Source: a virus. Taken from it: DNA of 64,000 nt. The first letter of the stretch is position 1; the number at the start of each line of letters is the position of its first letter. The notes under the pieces were generated by a model that saw nothing but the letters and a program-made list of their open reading frames with translations, was not told where the DNA came from and made no database searches. The stretch covers positions 32,001 to 96,000 of IMG/VR virus record IMGVR_UViG_3300032229_000533. One strand, given 5' to 3'. Shown piece after piece: positions 29,195 through 38,526 of this stretch. The position numbers were made by a program, and so were the translations under genes.

Positions 29195-29530
29195 ATGGCA
29201 ATTATAAAAACAATCCCATCTACAAGATTAATTAACGGGGAAATATTAGAAACATCAGAGATTTCAATTGTATCTGAAAGAGAATACAGAACTAATGGTG
29301 AAGAATGTATTATCATTAGAAATGTTGCAGAATCTACAGTTATTTTAGATTCTAAAACAACCGACCACGTTGTGGTAAAATCAATGACAAGACTAACAAT
29401 TAAACCAGATATTGGTAAAATTGATGAGGACTATGATGAACTTGTAGCCGACAAATACTCTTGTATTGAATTTAGATTCTGCAGTGGTAATTGGTATATT
29501 TTATCTTCAGACGGCCTCAAGAATTCCTAA
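29195..29530 (+). CDS. Hypothetical protein (beta-rich, possibly structural)
   Basis: 111-aa ORF 4 nt after the neck gene, ending in CIEFRFCSGNWYILSSDG. Confidence 0.6.
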   Translation: MAIIKTIPSTRLINGEILETSEISIVSEREYRTNGEECIIIRNVAESTVILDSKTTDHVVVKSMTRLTIKPDIGKIDEDYDELVADKYSCIEFRFCSGNWYILSSDGLKNS

Positions 29531-32236
29531 TTTTTCTTGCCAACCTTCTTCTGCTAAGTCATACATATAATCAGGTTTCAAACCTCGTTTTTCCCAATAT
29601 GACATTTCAGCGTCAGTAATTGTTAATACATCTTCCAATTTATCTTGGTCTCCATCTTCAAATGGTTGACCATTAATTAGTTCGCACTGTGCGGTTGTAA
29701 AGATACCTCTTTGTTCAGGGTCATTAACAATCAAACCATTTCTAACCTCATCTTTAAAACAAACCAATAACGGCTCAATTCTTTTATTGAATGTAGTAAT
29801 CGCTCTTGGTACATTATAGTCGCCAGTTAGGTTAGGGTCATTGTCCAAAATATCTTTATCCAACATATAACAGTTGATTTGAACTCCATCACCTTTCTTT
29901 TGAACGTCACCATGAGATGCTTTAATACCATTGTTAACATACATAATTACATCACCCAAACTTACATTCAGATTTGCAGCTAACGCAAGTTCCATATGGG
30001 CCATACGACTCATACTATTACCCGCTTTGGTTTTTTCGGTTAGACGTTTTTTATAATCATCCATGGTTAACTTAACCTTAGCTCTTTGAGCAATTTTACT
30101 TAATGGAACACGTTTGTCAAAAATCTTTTGTAAGTATTCGTAGTAGTATTCCACAAATGCTTTACCGTCACCCTGAAGCAACATCTTAACTCCCTTGTCC
30201 AAAAACTCCTCAATATAAAGTGGAAGTTTCTTTGATTTGATACTATTACCTGTCAATTTGATTTTACCTTTCGCATCCATAACCGCATAGTTCTTACGAG
30301 CTAAGTTAATACACGAAGGCCAAACCCCATCCGTATCAAGAGCCATTTCACCTCTCATGAAGATATCGTTATACTCTGCAACATCTGCTTCAGGGCCATA
30401 ATATTCTTTACCCAATTTAACTTTCCAATTCAAACCACGACCAACATAAACTCTGTCTTTTGCATCAGACGGAGTTGAAAAGTTCACACCGTCCGTGTCC
30501 ATTACCAAAGGAACATAACCTTTAGTCATGAAGAATTTAATCATTTGACGAAGGTATTGCCTACCTGTACAAGTAATTTGTTCTCCCATGTACATATCAC
30601 CCCAAGCATAAACCTGTGGGGCTGACAACGCACCGAACATGGAGTTAATAAAGATTTTAATAGGTAATTGTTTGTTACCATATGATTCAGATTTCTTACG
30701 GTCTGTTTCATAGTATTGTTCCGCAAGTTGTTTGTATTTGATACGAGTATCACGGAAATACTTTAACATTCCTTTCATCGCACCTGTAACATCACAATCA
30801 GGAAATACATCGTGTACCAACTGAATAGAGGGGTATAGAGACGAGAAGTCGAGCTTAAGTACATCTTTAGAGTAACCAACCTTAAGTAGTCTTGAAAGAC
30901 CTCCTACGAAGTCTGTCTTACCTTGTTTCGCGGGAATGGCAAGTCCATGTTTGTATGACCAAGCCAACATTAACATTTTCCATAATGTTGCGGTACCCAT
31001 GGTTGAAACCCTTTCATATGTTGTTGGAATCATCGCCGCCAACAAGAATGAACCTTGGTTGAACTCTTGGTCAACCTTCAGGGTTTCATCCAAGTCATCG
31101 TCAAGATACATCTCAACCAACTTGTCACCCGTAATCTTGTTATAAACATCAGAACGCTTTGAACACGCTTCGTCAATCTTAGAATCGGCACCAACTTTTT
31201 TATACTTTCCATTTTGAGTGTTTAACCAAAACTCTTCCTTCTTTGCATAGAATGGTCCGATATCCAAGTGGTCAATATATACACGGTCAGGTGCTTCAGC
31301 ATTAATGTATTGGGTAATGTATTTCAAACCCGCAGCCTTAATACTTGAGTTGATTGCCTGAGCTCTACGAACAGCGTGGATAATATCAATTACATTGTAA
31401 CCCCAAATAGAAGTTTGAGTAAATGTCTCAACCTCATTTGCGAGTTTCAACATACTATCTTTTCTTGTAAATGAATGGTCGGGGTGTAATGACCTACATA
31501 TTTTTTTTGGGTCAATTCCCAATATGTTACATCTCTCAAAAATCCAATGCCAGTCAAAGTTTGCTGAGTTATAACCACCAATAATACTTGGTTTTAATTC
31601 GTTAATAACTTTAAAGAATTCAATGATGGCATTTTTTTCTTCTGCTTCATCCATACACTCAATAACTCGGTGATATCCTTTATTTGTTTTAATTCCAATC
31701 ATGAAGATACGACCGTCCTTTGGTTCAAGAGCGGTCGTCTCCAAGTCATATACAAGTCTGGTTACCTCGTCATAGTTTTCAAATCCTTTAAATAAACGTT
31801 TTTCTTTTGAAATAAGATATTGTTCTACAGGAGGTAGAATCATTATTTTGTCTTTGGTCTTTTCACCCCATGGGTCACAACCACCCTCTCTAAAGAACTG
31901 AATAAGTTCTCTATATCCTTTGAGTGATTTAACCATGAAAGTCATACCATTCTGTAATCTTTCATTACCATGGGTTTCCAACTTGTCAATCATAATACCA
32001 TGTTTGGTCATGGCTTCTTTCTGAGCGGCTTTTGAGTTACCGTAAAAGTTAATACCACGTAGGTCACCTACCCAAGCAAATGGTGTAAATGTGTCCTTAC
32101 GGATTTCTTTTCCTTTACCAGGAATCTCTTTAATTTTGTAAATGCAGTTTTCGCGATAATCGTATTCGATTGCGACTATAAATTCTTCAGGGTCATTCCC
32201 GTGCAAGAACGATTCAATTTCTTCGTTTGATATCAT
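29507..32236 (-). CDS. Family B DNA polymerase
   Basis: Exo I YDLETT, Exo II GYNSANFDW, Exo III YLDDD, motif A LDFSSLYPSI, motif B KIFINSMFG and motif C MDTDG. No intein seen. Confidence 0.95.
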   Translation of the reverse strand: MISNEEIESFLHGNDPEEFIVAIEYDYRENCIYKIKEIPGKGKEIRKDTFTPFAWVGDLRGINFYGNSKAAQKEAMTKHGIMIDKLETHGNERLQNGMTFMVKSLKGYRELIQFFREGGCDPWGEKTKDKIMILPPVEQYLISKEKRLFKGFENYDEVTRLVYDLETTALEPKDGRIFMIGIKTNKGYHRVIECMDEAEEKNAIIEFFKVINELKPSIIGGYNSANFDWHWIFERCNILGIDPKKICRSLHPDHSFTRKDSMLKLANEVETFTQTSIWGYNVIDIIHAVRRAQAINSSIKAAGLKYITQYINAEAPDRVYIDHLDIGPFYAKKEEFWLNTQNGKYKKVGADSKIDEACSKRSDVYNKITGDKLVEMYLDDDLDETLKVDQEFNQGSFLLAAMIPTTYERVSTMGTATLWKMLMLAWSYKHGLAIPAKQGKTDFVGGLSRLLKVGYSKDVLKLDFSSLYPSIQLVHDVFPDCDVTGAMKGMLKYFRDTRIKYKQLAEQYYETDRKKSESYGNKQLPIKIFINSMFGALSAPQVYAWGDMYMGEQITCTGRQYLRQMIKFFMTKGYVPLVMDTDGVNFSTPSDAKDRVYVGRGLNWKVKLGKEYYGPEADVAEYNDIFMRGEMALDTDGVWPSCINLARKNYAVMDAKGKIKLTGNSIKSKKLPLYIEEFLDKGVKMLLQGDGKAFVEYYYEYLQKIFDKRVPLSKIAQRAKVKLTMDDYKKRLTEKTKAGNSMSRMAHMELALAANLNVSLGDVIMYVNNGIKASHGDVQKKGDGVQINCYMLDKDILDNDPNLTGDYNVPRAITTFNKRIEPLLVCFKDEVRNGLIVNDPEQRGIFTTAQCELINGQPFEDGDQDKLEDVLTITDAEMSYWEKRGLKPDYMYDLAEEGWQEKLGILEAV

Positions 32237-32292
32237 ATTTTAAACAGTTGGTTCATTAGCTTTCACACCATCGTGAAATTTACCTTCTAATG

Positions 32293-32323
32293 CAAATATA
32301 AAATAAAAAACTTAGTAATCAAA
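32293..32323 (-). promoter_or_regulatory. Bacteroidota-type promoter for the DNA polymerase gene
   Basis: Minus strand TTTG-ATTACTAAGTTTTTTTATT(19 nt)-TATATTTG. Confidence 0.7.
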
Positions 32324-32701
32324 TTAACAACACGCGGTTTCTGAAATAAAACTTTCTTGGATATTAATATATAGTTCTTCTCTAATTGGAAGAATTAAAT
32401 TACCTTCGTCATTCCTAATTAAGAATTGACCTTGATATCTACCTGGTGTATTTGTATCCCTTGCGGTGAATTGAAAATATACGTAATATTCGGGAGCGGC
32501 ACCAATAGGTAATATTAAAGGTACGATACCGCATGGTGCGGAAACTATTTTAGGAATTCCTGTCTCCACATCTATCATTGTGAAATAGATTGTAGAAACC
32601 GCTAAATCTTCCATTAGTTGTAGAAATCCCGCTCTACCATCTTTAACAACCTGCATTTTTAATACAGGAAGAGTTGCGTTTTGTTTTATGTAAAATTCCA
32701 T
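32324..32701 (-). CDS. BppU-N-like baseplate/fibre attachment protein
   Basis: 125 aa with FYIKQNATLPVLKMQV...YFQFTARDTNTPGRYQGQFLI...LPIREELYINI. The late motif is 4 nt upstream. Confidence 0.6.
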   Translation of the reverse strand: MEFYIKQNATLPVLKMQVVKDGRAGFLQLMEDLAVSTIYFTMIDVETGIPKIVSAPCGIVPLILPIGAAPEYYVYFQFTARDTNTPGRYQGQFLIRNDEGNLILPIREELYINIQESFISETACC

Positions 32702-32717
32702 AACAATAAATATATTG

Positions 32718-34388
32718 TTATGACTCTTTTCTTAAACTTCTTTCATAATGGTCAAACCTATCATGTTCAGTTGGGGTCATAAGTAATAACCCAGGATGTA
32801 ATTCACCTTTTTTAACTAACTGATACATGTGACTCATCCATGTTTGTTCAAACGGGTGAGCCCAAGTTGTATCTAAAAACATTTTTTGATTACCTGTTCT
32901 GCTTACAATCTGAGGCCAATTACAATAATAAACTTCACCTGTCACATATGGTACCCCTTGATATGTGTTAACAGAATCATAAACAGCTCTTGGAGCATTT
33001 GGGTCTAACCCTTGTTCAGGTAATCTATTTTTACCTGGCCAATATTTTTGTCTAACATTTTGTGGAACGTTGTACCAAGACCATTGGGTACCGTTATCAC
33101 CAAAGAATTCACTATAGTTAAGTTTTAAAAAATCAAAGTTTTCTTTTTTAACAATCTGTAGTGTTTTTGAATATAAGTTTGGAACATATCTATTAAACCC
33201 ATTACGACACACCTTACATTCATGTGGATAAAAGAACATGTCATCTTCAAAAAATAAGTAAAAATCTAAATCAGTTTCATTTTGAAAATGTTCGGCAATC
33301 CATTGACGACCACCACAAATACCTAAATTATCTTTTTTAATATGTTCAAAACCATACTCTTCACATAATTTCAAATATTCCTCAGTGGTTGACAAATCAC
33401 TTGAATTATCTAATAAGAATTTTTTTGTTTTAGAAATATAATCCTTATCGTATGCATTCATAGAATCAATTAAAGTTCTGAATTGATTAGGACTATTAAA
33501 TGTTATAACGTATAAACCAACTTTGTTCGTATCTAAAGTATTTTCTACTTTGATAGTACTTTCAGATTTAGGTTTTAATTCATTATTCTTTAAGTCTTCA
33601 AAAAATTTACCAAATAACCCATTAGATTCAATTTCAAAATAATTAATTAAATCCGAATGAGTGTAACACATTATACTAAAAATTGATTCTTCAGTTCCCA
33701 TATAATTTTCATCTAATGTAGTTTTTAGAAAATTATAATAGATACCATTAATATCGCTAATACTATGTTTTGGACCACCAAAAAATCCACCTCTGGCAAC
33801 TTTATTAACTTTTGCTCCTGCAATTGAATTCAACTTATTAAATTCAAATCCATGTATTTCGTTTTCTGCTTCATATGGAAAACAAACAAAAGAAAATTTT
33901 GAAATATATTTAGATAAGTTATTTAAAACTTTATCATGTGTAAAATATCCAGGATGAACCGTATTAGTTAGACCTGCGTCTATCCAAAACATCATTTCAG
34001 AATCAAATGGGTCCATGATTCTTGCATCGTTTAATAGAAACATTTTAGACATTACTAAAGGGTTATACATCTCTAATTTTGCCTGTGTTGATTCTGATAA
34101 CCACCCCGCCAAATTATACCAATCAGGGTTGGTTCTTATTTCTTGAATTTTATTGTAAAATTCATTTTTAAACCATTCTTGACTTCTATTAACAAATAAA
34201 GTATTTTCACGACTTCTTCTTTCAAAAACAAATGATTCTAATTCAGAATCACCAAAAATAATCATTGGATTATCAACTTTTAAAAGTTCTTCAAATTTAT
34301 TTAAATAGTGTTGAAATGAACGAGACCACCCTTGAGTAAGTCCGTCTCTTTTAATATTCCAAAGTCCTGTTACTAATGTTATTCCCAT
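32718..34388 (-). CDS. Two-domain glycosyltransferase: HtrL/YibB-like N-domain plus GT-A domain
   Basis: N-half TLVTGLWNIKR...KMFLLNDARIMDPFDSEMMFWIDAG. C-half LYVITFNS...DNS...NLGICGGRQ...FFEDD. Confidence 0.65.
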   Translation of the reverse strand: MGITLVTGLWNIKRDGLTQGWSRSFQHYLNKFEELLKVDNPMIIFGDSELESFVFERRSRENTLFVNRSQEWFKNEFYNKIQEIRTNPDWYNLAGWLSESTQAKLEMYNPLVMSKMFLLNDARIMDPFDSEMMFWIDAGLTNTVHPGYFTHDKVLNNLSKYISKFSFVCFPYEAENEIHGFEFNKLNSIAGAKVNKVARGGFFGGPKHSISDINGIYYNFLKTTLDENYMGTEESIFSIMCYTHSDLINYFEIESNGLFGKFFEDLKNNELKPKSESTIKVENTLDTNKVGLYVITFNSPNQFRTLIDSMNAYDKDYISKTKKFLLDNSSDLSTTEEYLKLCEEYGFEHIKKDNLGICGGRQWIAEHFQNETDLDFYLFFEDDMFFYPHECKVCRNGFNRYVPNLYSKTLQIVKKENFDFLKLNYSEFFGDNGTQWSWYNVPQNVRQKYWPGKNRLPEQGLDPNAPRAVYDSVNTYQGVPYVTGEVYYCNWPQIVSRTGNQKMFLDTTWAHPFEQTWMSHMYQLVKKGELHPGLLLMTPTEHDRFDHYERSLRKES

Positions 34389-34407
34389 AAATTATTGTAT
34401 ATATGTT

Positions 34408-35355
34408 TTATAAAAAAATATTAAAATCGTCAAGAAAAGAAACGATTGTTTTAAATTGATTCTCAGGTAGACAATTATTAATAAACCATCTTTTTGATTC
34501 CTGAATCATATCATTATATTGGTTAGTCATACTAAACTCTAAAATCTCATTAACTTTTTCATCAATTATTGAATCAACGTTTTCTTTAGATAAAATTTTT
34601 TGTACCAAATCATCATTTATAAATTCAACATAATGAACATCCTTTATAATTGGTTCATAGGTTTTAGAATTAAGAGGTTGTCTCAAGTTTAAAACCCCGA
34701 GGCCAAATAATTCCAAGTCTCTATAACAAATGTTTGCAGCGCCATTTAAACTTAGCCCAAATCTGTGTTTAGAAACTTCATCATAATAGTCTTTCTTTTG
34801 TCTAAAATGTTCAGGGTTACCTTTTGTTCTAATATTAAAAAACGAATTATTTGATAATGAATTTAAAACATTTTCCCTAATACCGTGATTCAACCCGTTA
34901 AAATATGCTTTGTTGTCTTTAATTGATTGAGATTCAGTTGAAATTATGTATTCAATGTCTTTCCAATTTTCAACGTAATATACTGAAGGTTGTACAATAA
35001 TTTTATCTTTATACTCATCAATGATTGAATCGGTTAAATTAGAAACGCAAGAAAATTTAACAACATTAAAATTATTAGTTACAGAATATTTTAATATTTC
35101 AGGTGCATAGTCATACCAACTATGTACAAAAAATTTATCAGTAGTTTGATTGTAAATTACAAGGTTATACCAATTAAAAATATTACCTGTTTGATTGTTT
35201 AATGTTTTACCAAATCTGTGAGATAAATCACGTAAAGAAACATACTCAAATTGGATATTTGTTATTTCAGATAATTGTTTATGAAAATATTTGTAAAATT
35301 CACTAACATACCAATTATTATATCCTTGTTCGTACGATATGATTAATTTGTCCAT
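34408..35355 (-). CDS. Putative GT-B glycosyltransferase
   Basis: YYDEVSKHRFGLSLNGAANICYRDLELFGLGVLNL resembles the GT-B C-terminal motif of CgeB/GT47-like proteins. It lies inside the glycan cluster. Confidence 0.55.
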   Translation of the reverse strand: MDKLIISYEQGYNNWYVSEFYKYFHKQLSEITNIQFEYVSLRDLSHRFGKTLNNQTGNIFNWYNLVIYNQTTDKFFVHSWYDYAPEILKYSVTNNFNVVKFSCVSNLTDSIIDEYKDKIIVQPSVYYVENWKDIEYIISTESQSIKDNKAYFNGLNHGIRENVLNSLSNNSFFNIRTKGNPEHFRQKKDYYDEVSKHRFGLSLNGAANICYRDLELFGLGVLNLRQPLNSKTYEPIIKDVHYVEFINDDLVQKILSKENVDSIIDEKVNEILEFSMTNQYNDMIQESKRWFINNCLPENQFKTIVSFLDDFNIFL

Positions 35356-36215
35356 TATTTTTCAGTTGCGTGTACCGTACCTGCTCTAGGTCCTGTTTTA
35401 TATCCATTAGGTGTAAAAACTTTACTCCATATAGGATGAGAATACGAAATATCTAAATCTTTAAATCCTGCGGTTAATGCTGATACTCCAATTTCAAAAC
35501 CTTCTGCCCAAGTACCAAAAGTATAATCTTTGTTATTTAAATAATCATAAAACCATTTCCATTGTTCTACCATTTTATTTAATTTACCGTTATTGTTATA
35601 AAAGATTATAAGATATTCTGAAGGAAATGATGCTTCACCCCACTTGTGGTTCTCACCTTCAACAACTTGATTGATATTTGTATCCACCAAATCATAGTTA
35701 AATAATTTATGCCATGCAAGTGTACACAAATCATAATCTAATGAGTCGGTGTGTGGATTTTTCTTACAAAATGTGTTGTATTTTGATATCAAATTTTTAA
35801 ACTTGAGTCCTGTTCTTGGTGCAAAATAATCATAACCATTTTCAAAATTTGTTTTAACAAAGTTTAAAACTTGTTCTTTATCCCACCAGTCAAAAGAATT
35901 ATCACAATCCGTAAAAATAATGATTGCGTCATCAATATTTTTTACATGGTCTAAACACAAATATCTCATGTTAAAATTAAAATCACGAGCACCTTTATTT
36001 GGTCCAATAGGTAACGAAACTTTTAAATCTTCACGTTTAATTTCGTTATATTTGATTCTATCTGAATTACCATATTTTTCTTCAATTAAATGTCTACAAT
36101 CAGTAGTTATGTACATTTCAATATCAGTTAAAGATAAAACATCTTCAATCATTCGTAGTGTGTAATCTTTAGTGTAATTTTCACCAAAGCTTAAAGTTGT
36201 TATTATTATTTTCAT
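35355..36215 (-). CDS. Putative GT-A glycosyltransferase
   Basis: Rossmann-like N-terminus MKIIITTLSFGENY, FNFNMRY and a DxD motif FTDCD. Confidence 0.55.
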   Translation of the reverse strand: MKIIITTLSFGENYTKDYTLRMIEDVLSLTDIEMYITTDCRHLIEEKYGNSDRIKYNEIKREDLKVSLPIGPNKGARDFNFNMRYLCLDHVKNIDDAIIIFTDCDNSFDWWDKEQVLNFVKTNFENGYDYFAPRTGLKFKNLISKYNTFCKKNPHTDSLDYDLCTLAWHKLFNYDLVDTNINQVVEGENHKWGEASFPSEYLIIFYNNNGKLNKMVEQWKWFYDYLNNKDYTFGTWAEGFEIGVSALTAGFKDLDISYSHPIWSKVFTPNGYKTGPRAGTVHATEK

Positions 36216-37099
36216 ATTACAATATTTGTTAGTTTAACTTTTTTTATGTTTATAGGATACCAATTAAATAAACTTGTATAACTCATATCTCCACAATAGT
36301 ATATGTTTTTACATTTACTTAATATTATTAATTCCCCAACAACATACAATGCTTCATCAATAGTTTGTCCAAACCTAACAAATCCAGTTGATATATAATT
36401 TGGGCTATGATTTTCTAAATCACGATACATTTTAATATCTAAATTAGTTTCTGAAAATACTTTTTTCACAAAACTAGAATTTGAACATATAAAATATTTT
36501 TTGTTTGGGTTTAAAGTTTCAACTAAACGGTTTTTAAAATTCAAAATTCGTTCAGAGTTGAGGGGAGGTAACGAGCGATAATATATAGATTCAAAATCTT
36601 CTTCAAAATTATCGGAAATAAATTTATTTACATTATTTACAATATCTTTATTAAAGACATCAAAATCTTTTGCTCTGTCGTCATTATCGTTAAATGTAAA
36701 ATCAATAAATGGTATGTTTAAATTTTTAACCTCATCATAGTTACTTGTTGGCACATACACATCAAAAATTCCGTTAGTGTCATTGAATACGTCATTATTC
36801 CTACCTGAATACAATCTCTTATATTCAATATCACCGTATGTTGAAAACCCATTTACGGATACAAATAAATTATCTTTATTTAAAATTTTAAATTCATCAA
36901 AAAACTCATTGAAAAAATCAATATTTAATACTTCCTCTAAAGTTTTAACATTGTACTTATCATTTATAAGTAAAATGAATTGAAAATTTGTGTATTGATT
37001 TTTTAAAAAATCAACACAATTAACAATATCAAACACACTTAAAAATGTGTCTCCCCATCCATTTTCAAAACTGAATTTAAATAAGATTTTATTATTCAT
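36212..37099 (-). CDS. NodZ/O-fucosyltransferase-like glycosyltransferase
   Basis: N-terminal NGWGDTF, SIYYRS and ELIILSKCKNIY...SLF, a GT-B fucosyltransferase-type layout. Confidence 0.55.
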   Translation of the reverse strand: MNNKILFKFSFENGWGDTFLSVFDIVNCVDFLKNQYTNFQFILLINDKYNVKTLEEVLNIDFFNEFFDEFKILNKDNLFVSVNGFSTYGDIEYKRLYSGRNNDVFNDTNGIFDVYVPTSNYDEVKNLNIPFIDFTFNDNDDRAKDFDVFNKDIVNNVNKFISDNFEEDFESIYYRSLPPLNSERILNFKNRLVETLNPNKKYFICSNSSFVKKVFSETNLDIKMYRDLENHSPNYISTGFVRFGQTIDEALYVVGELIILSKCKNIYYCGDMSYTSLFNWYPINIKKVKLTNIVI

Positions 37100-37650
37100 T
37101 AATTATTTTTTTTCTTGAATGCACAGTAGTAATAATAGTGAGTACCCATATCAATTGGGATTTTTAATTCTTTACCGTTAAGATTAATCATTTCTAACAT
37201 TGGATAATGTTCTGCCATAATGGCGTCATCCAAGTCTGGTTGTAAGTGAATTTCATATTTATTACCAAAAACTTCATCTTGAGGCAAATAATATGGAACA
37301 ACAACGATTAGTTCTCTACATTTGTCTTTTAACTTATTTAAAAGGTTCTTAGCATCTTCTCTTGATAAGTGTTCAAGAATATCACCCATAATAATAATGT
37401 CATAATATTCAAACTCAAAATCTAATATGTTAACGTTGAATACGTTATCGTACATTTCGGTTAATTTATATTCCTCAATATAAGGTTCCCAAACTTCAAC
37501 CGCATCAAATTTTTTGAAGTAATCACCTAATAGTTTAATGTAGAATCCGTGACCACAACCAATGTCTAATATTGAACATGTTGGTTCAAAGTTTTCGGTT
37601 AAGTATTGTTTGACATCTGGGCCTAAATAACCCCAATTTCCTGGCATCAT
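37099..37650 (-). CDS. Class I SAM-dependent methyltransferase
   Basis: ILDIGCGHG, DAVEVWEPY and YDIIIMGDILEH. Confidence 0.85.
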   Translation of the reverse strand: MMPGNWGYLGPDVKQYLTENFEPTCSILDIGCGHGFYIKLLGDYFKKFDAVEVWEPYIEEYKLTEMYDNVFNVNILDFEFEYYDIIIMGDILEHLSREDAKNLLNKLKDKCRELIVVVPYYLPQDEVFGNKYEIHLQPDLDDAIMAEHYPMLEMINLNGKELKIPIDMGTHYYYYCAFKKKNN

Positions 37651-37654
37651 AGTT

Positions 37655-38524
37655 TTAATTTATAAATTTTTTTAGTTTATGTTTTATATTTTCATCTGAA
37701 TTTAAAATGTTATTAAGTATATCTTTAGAATTAACATTAGCTTCTAAAAATTTACCATGTCTAACAATCTCAATATAATCAATTAATAGAAAATCTGTAG
37801 ATAATGGTTTTTCATCTACATGATATGTGATTGGCGGATAGTGGTAACAGAAATTATTGAACCCATAATCAAAAAAGTTTTCTTTGTTTTCGTAAAAAGA
37901 AAAATTAAAAAACTCACTTAATTGTCTATTTTCACCTTTCTTGTTTAAGATATTGGTATTATCTAGTTGATGTAAAGTAAGTGATGGGTTGTGGGTTAAT
38001 AATTCTATTAGAGAAGATTTTTTCCAAACACATGGTTGTACTGAATACATATGTCGTGCAGTCACATCAAATTTATAAAAACATCCATCAGGAAACCCAT
38101 ATTCCGATAATGTTATATTTGGTTTTTCCCAATTAACCACAAAATTTTCAATGTGTTTTTGTGTACCCAAGGCTAAATAATCACCATTAATTTTATCTAA
38201 AATATTAATAATGTTATCAAATCTATTTTTATTTATTGGTGATTTAATTAGATAATCATCACACAAGAATAATATATAATCTTCAGGTATCTGATTTAAT
38301 GCGAATAATAAACTATCTCTAAAATGTGAACCATCACCTGAAAAATTAACATTTGAATCAATATAATTTACCCCATCAAATTTTTCATGTTGAGGTATTT
38401 TATTTGAAACAACATTAATTGTCTTGTTTAAATCTTTTGTGTTTTCTATTGTATAAGGCAGTGTTAGATACAATAAGTCAAAATAGTTTTCATTGGTAAA
38501 AACTACAAATGATATGTCTTTCAT
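37655..38524 (-). CDS. Putative GT-A glycosyltransferase
   Basis: SFVVFTNENY, YILFLCDDY (DxD-like) and YSVQPCVWKKSSL. Confidence 0.6.
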   Translation of the reverse strand: MKDISFVVFTNENYFDLLYLTLPYTIENTKDLNKTINVVSNKIPQHEKFDGVNYIDSNVNFSGDGSHFRDSLLFALNQIPEDYILFLCDDYLIKSPINKNRFDNIINILDKINGDYLALGTQKHIENFVVNWEKPNITLSEYGFPDGCFYKFDVTARHMYSVQPCVWKKSSLIELLTHNPSLTLHQLDNTNILNKKGENRQLSEFFNFSFYENKENFFDYGFNNFCYHYPPITYHVDEKPLSTDFLLIDYIEIVRHGKFLEANVNSKDILNNILNSDENIKHKLKKFIN

Positions 38525-38526
38525 AT

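Noticed and set aside
29507-32236. Intein, intron or homing endonuclease in the polymerase, helicase or sheath
   Set aside because: The ORFs are continuous with normally spaced motifs, and I saw no intein splice motifs or LAGLIDADG/HNH/GIY-YIG signatures.
35355-36215. GT6 (blood-group A/B-like) assignment to pair with the GT11
   Set aside because: Only a generic GT-A N-terminus and a DxD motif are visible, which is not enough to assign a family without an HMM search.
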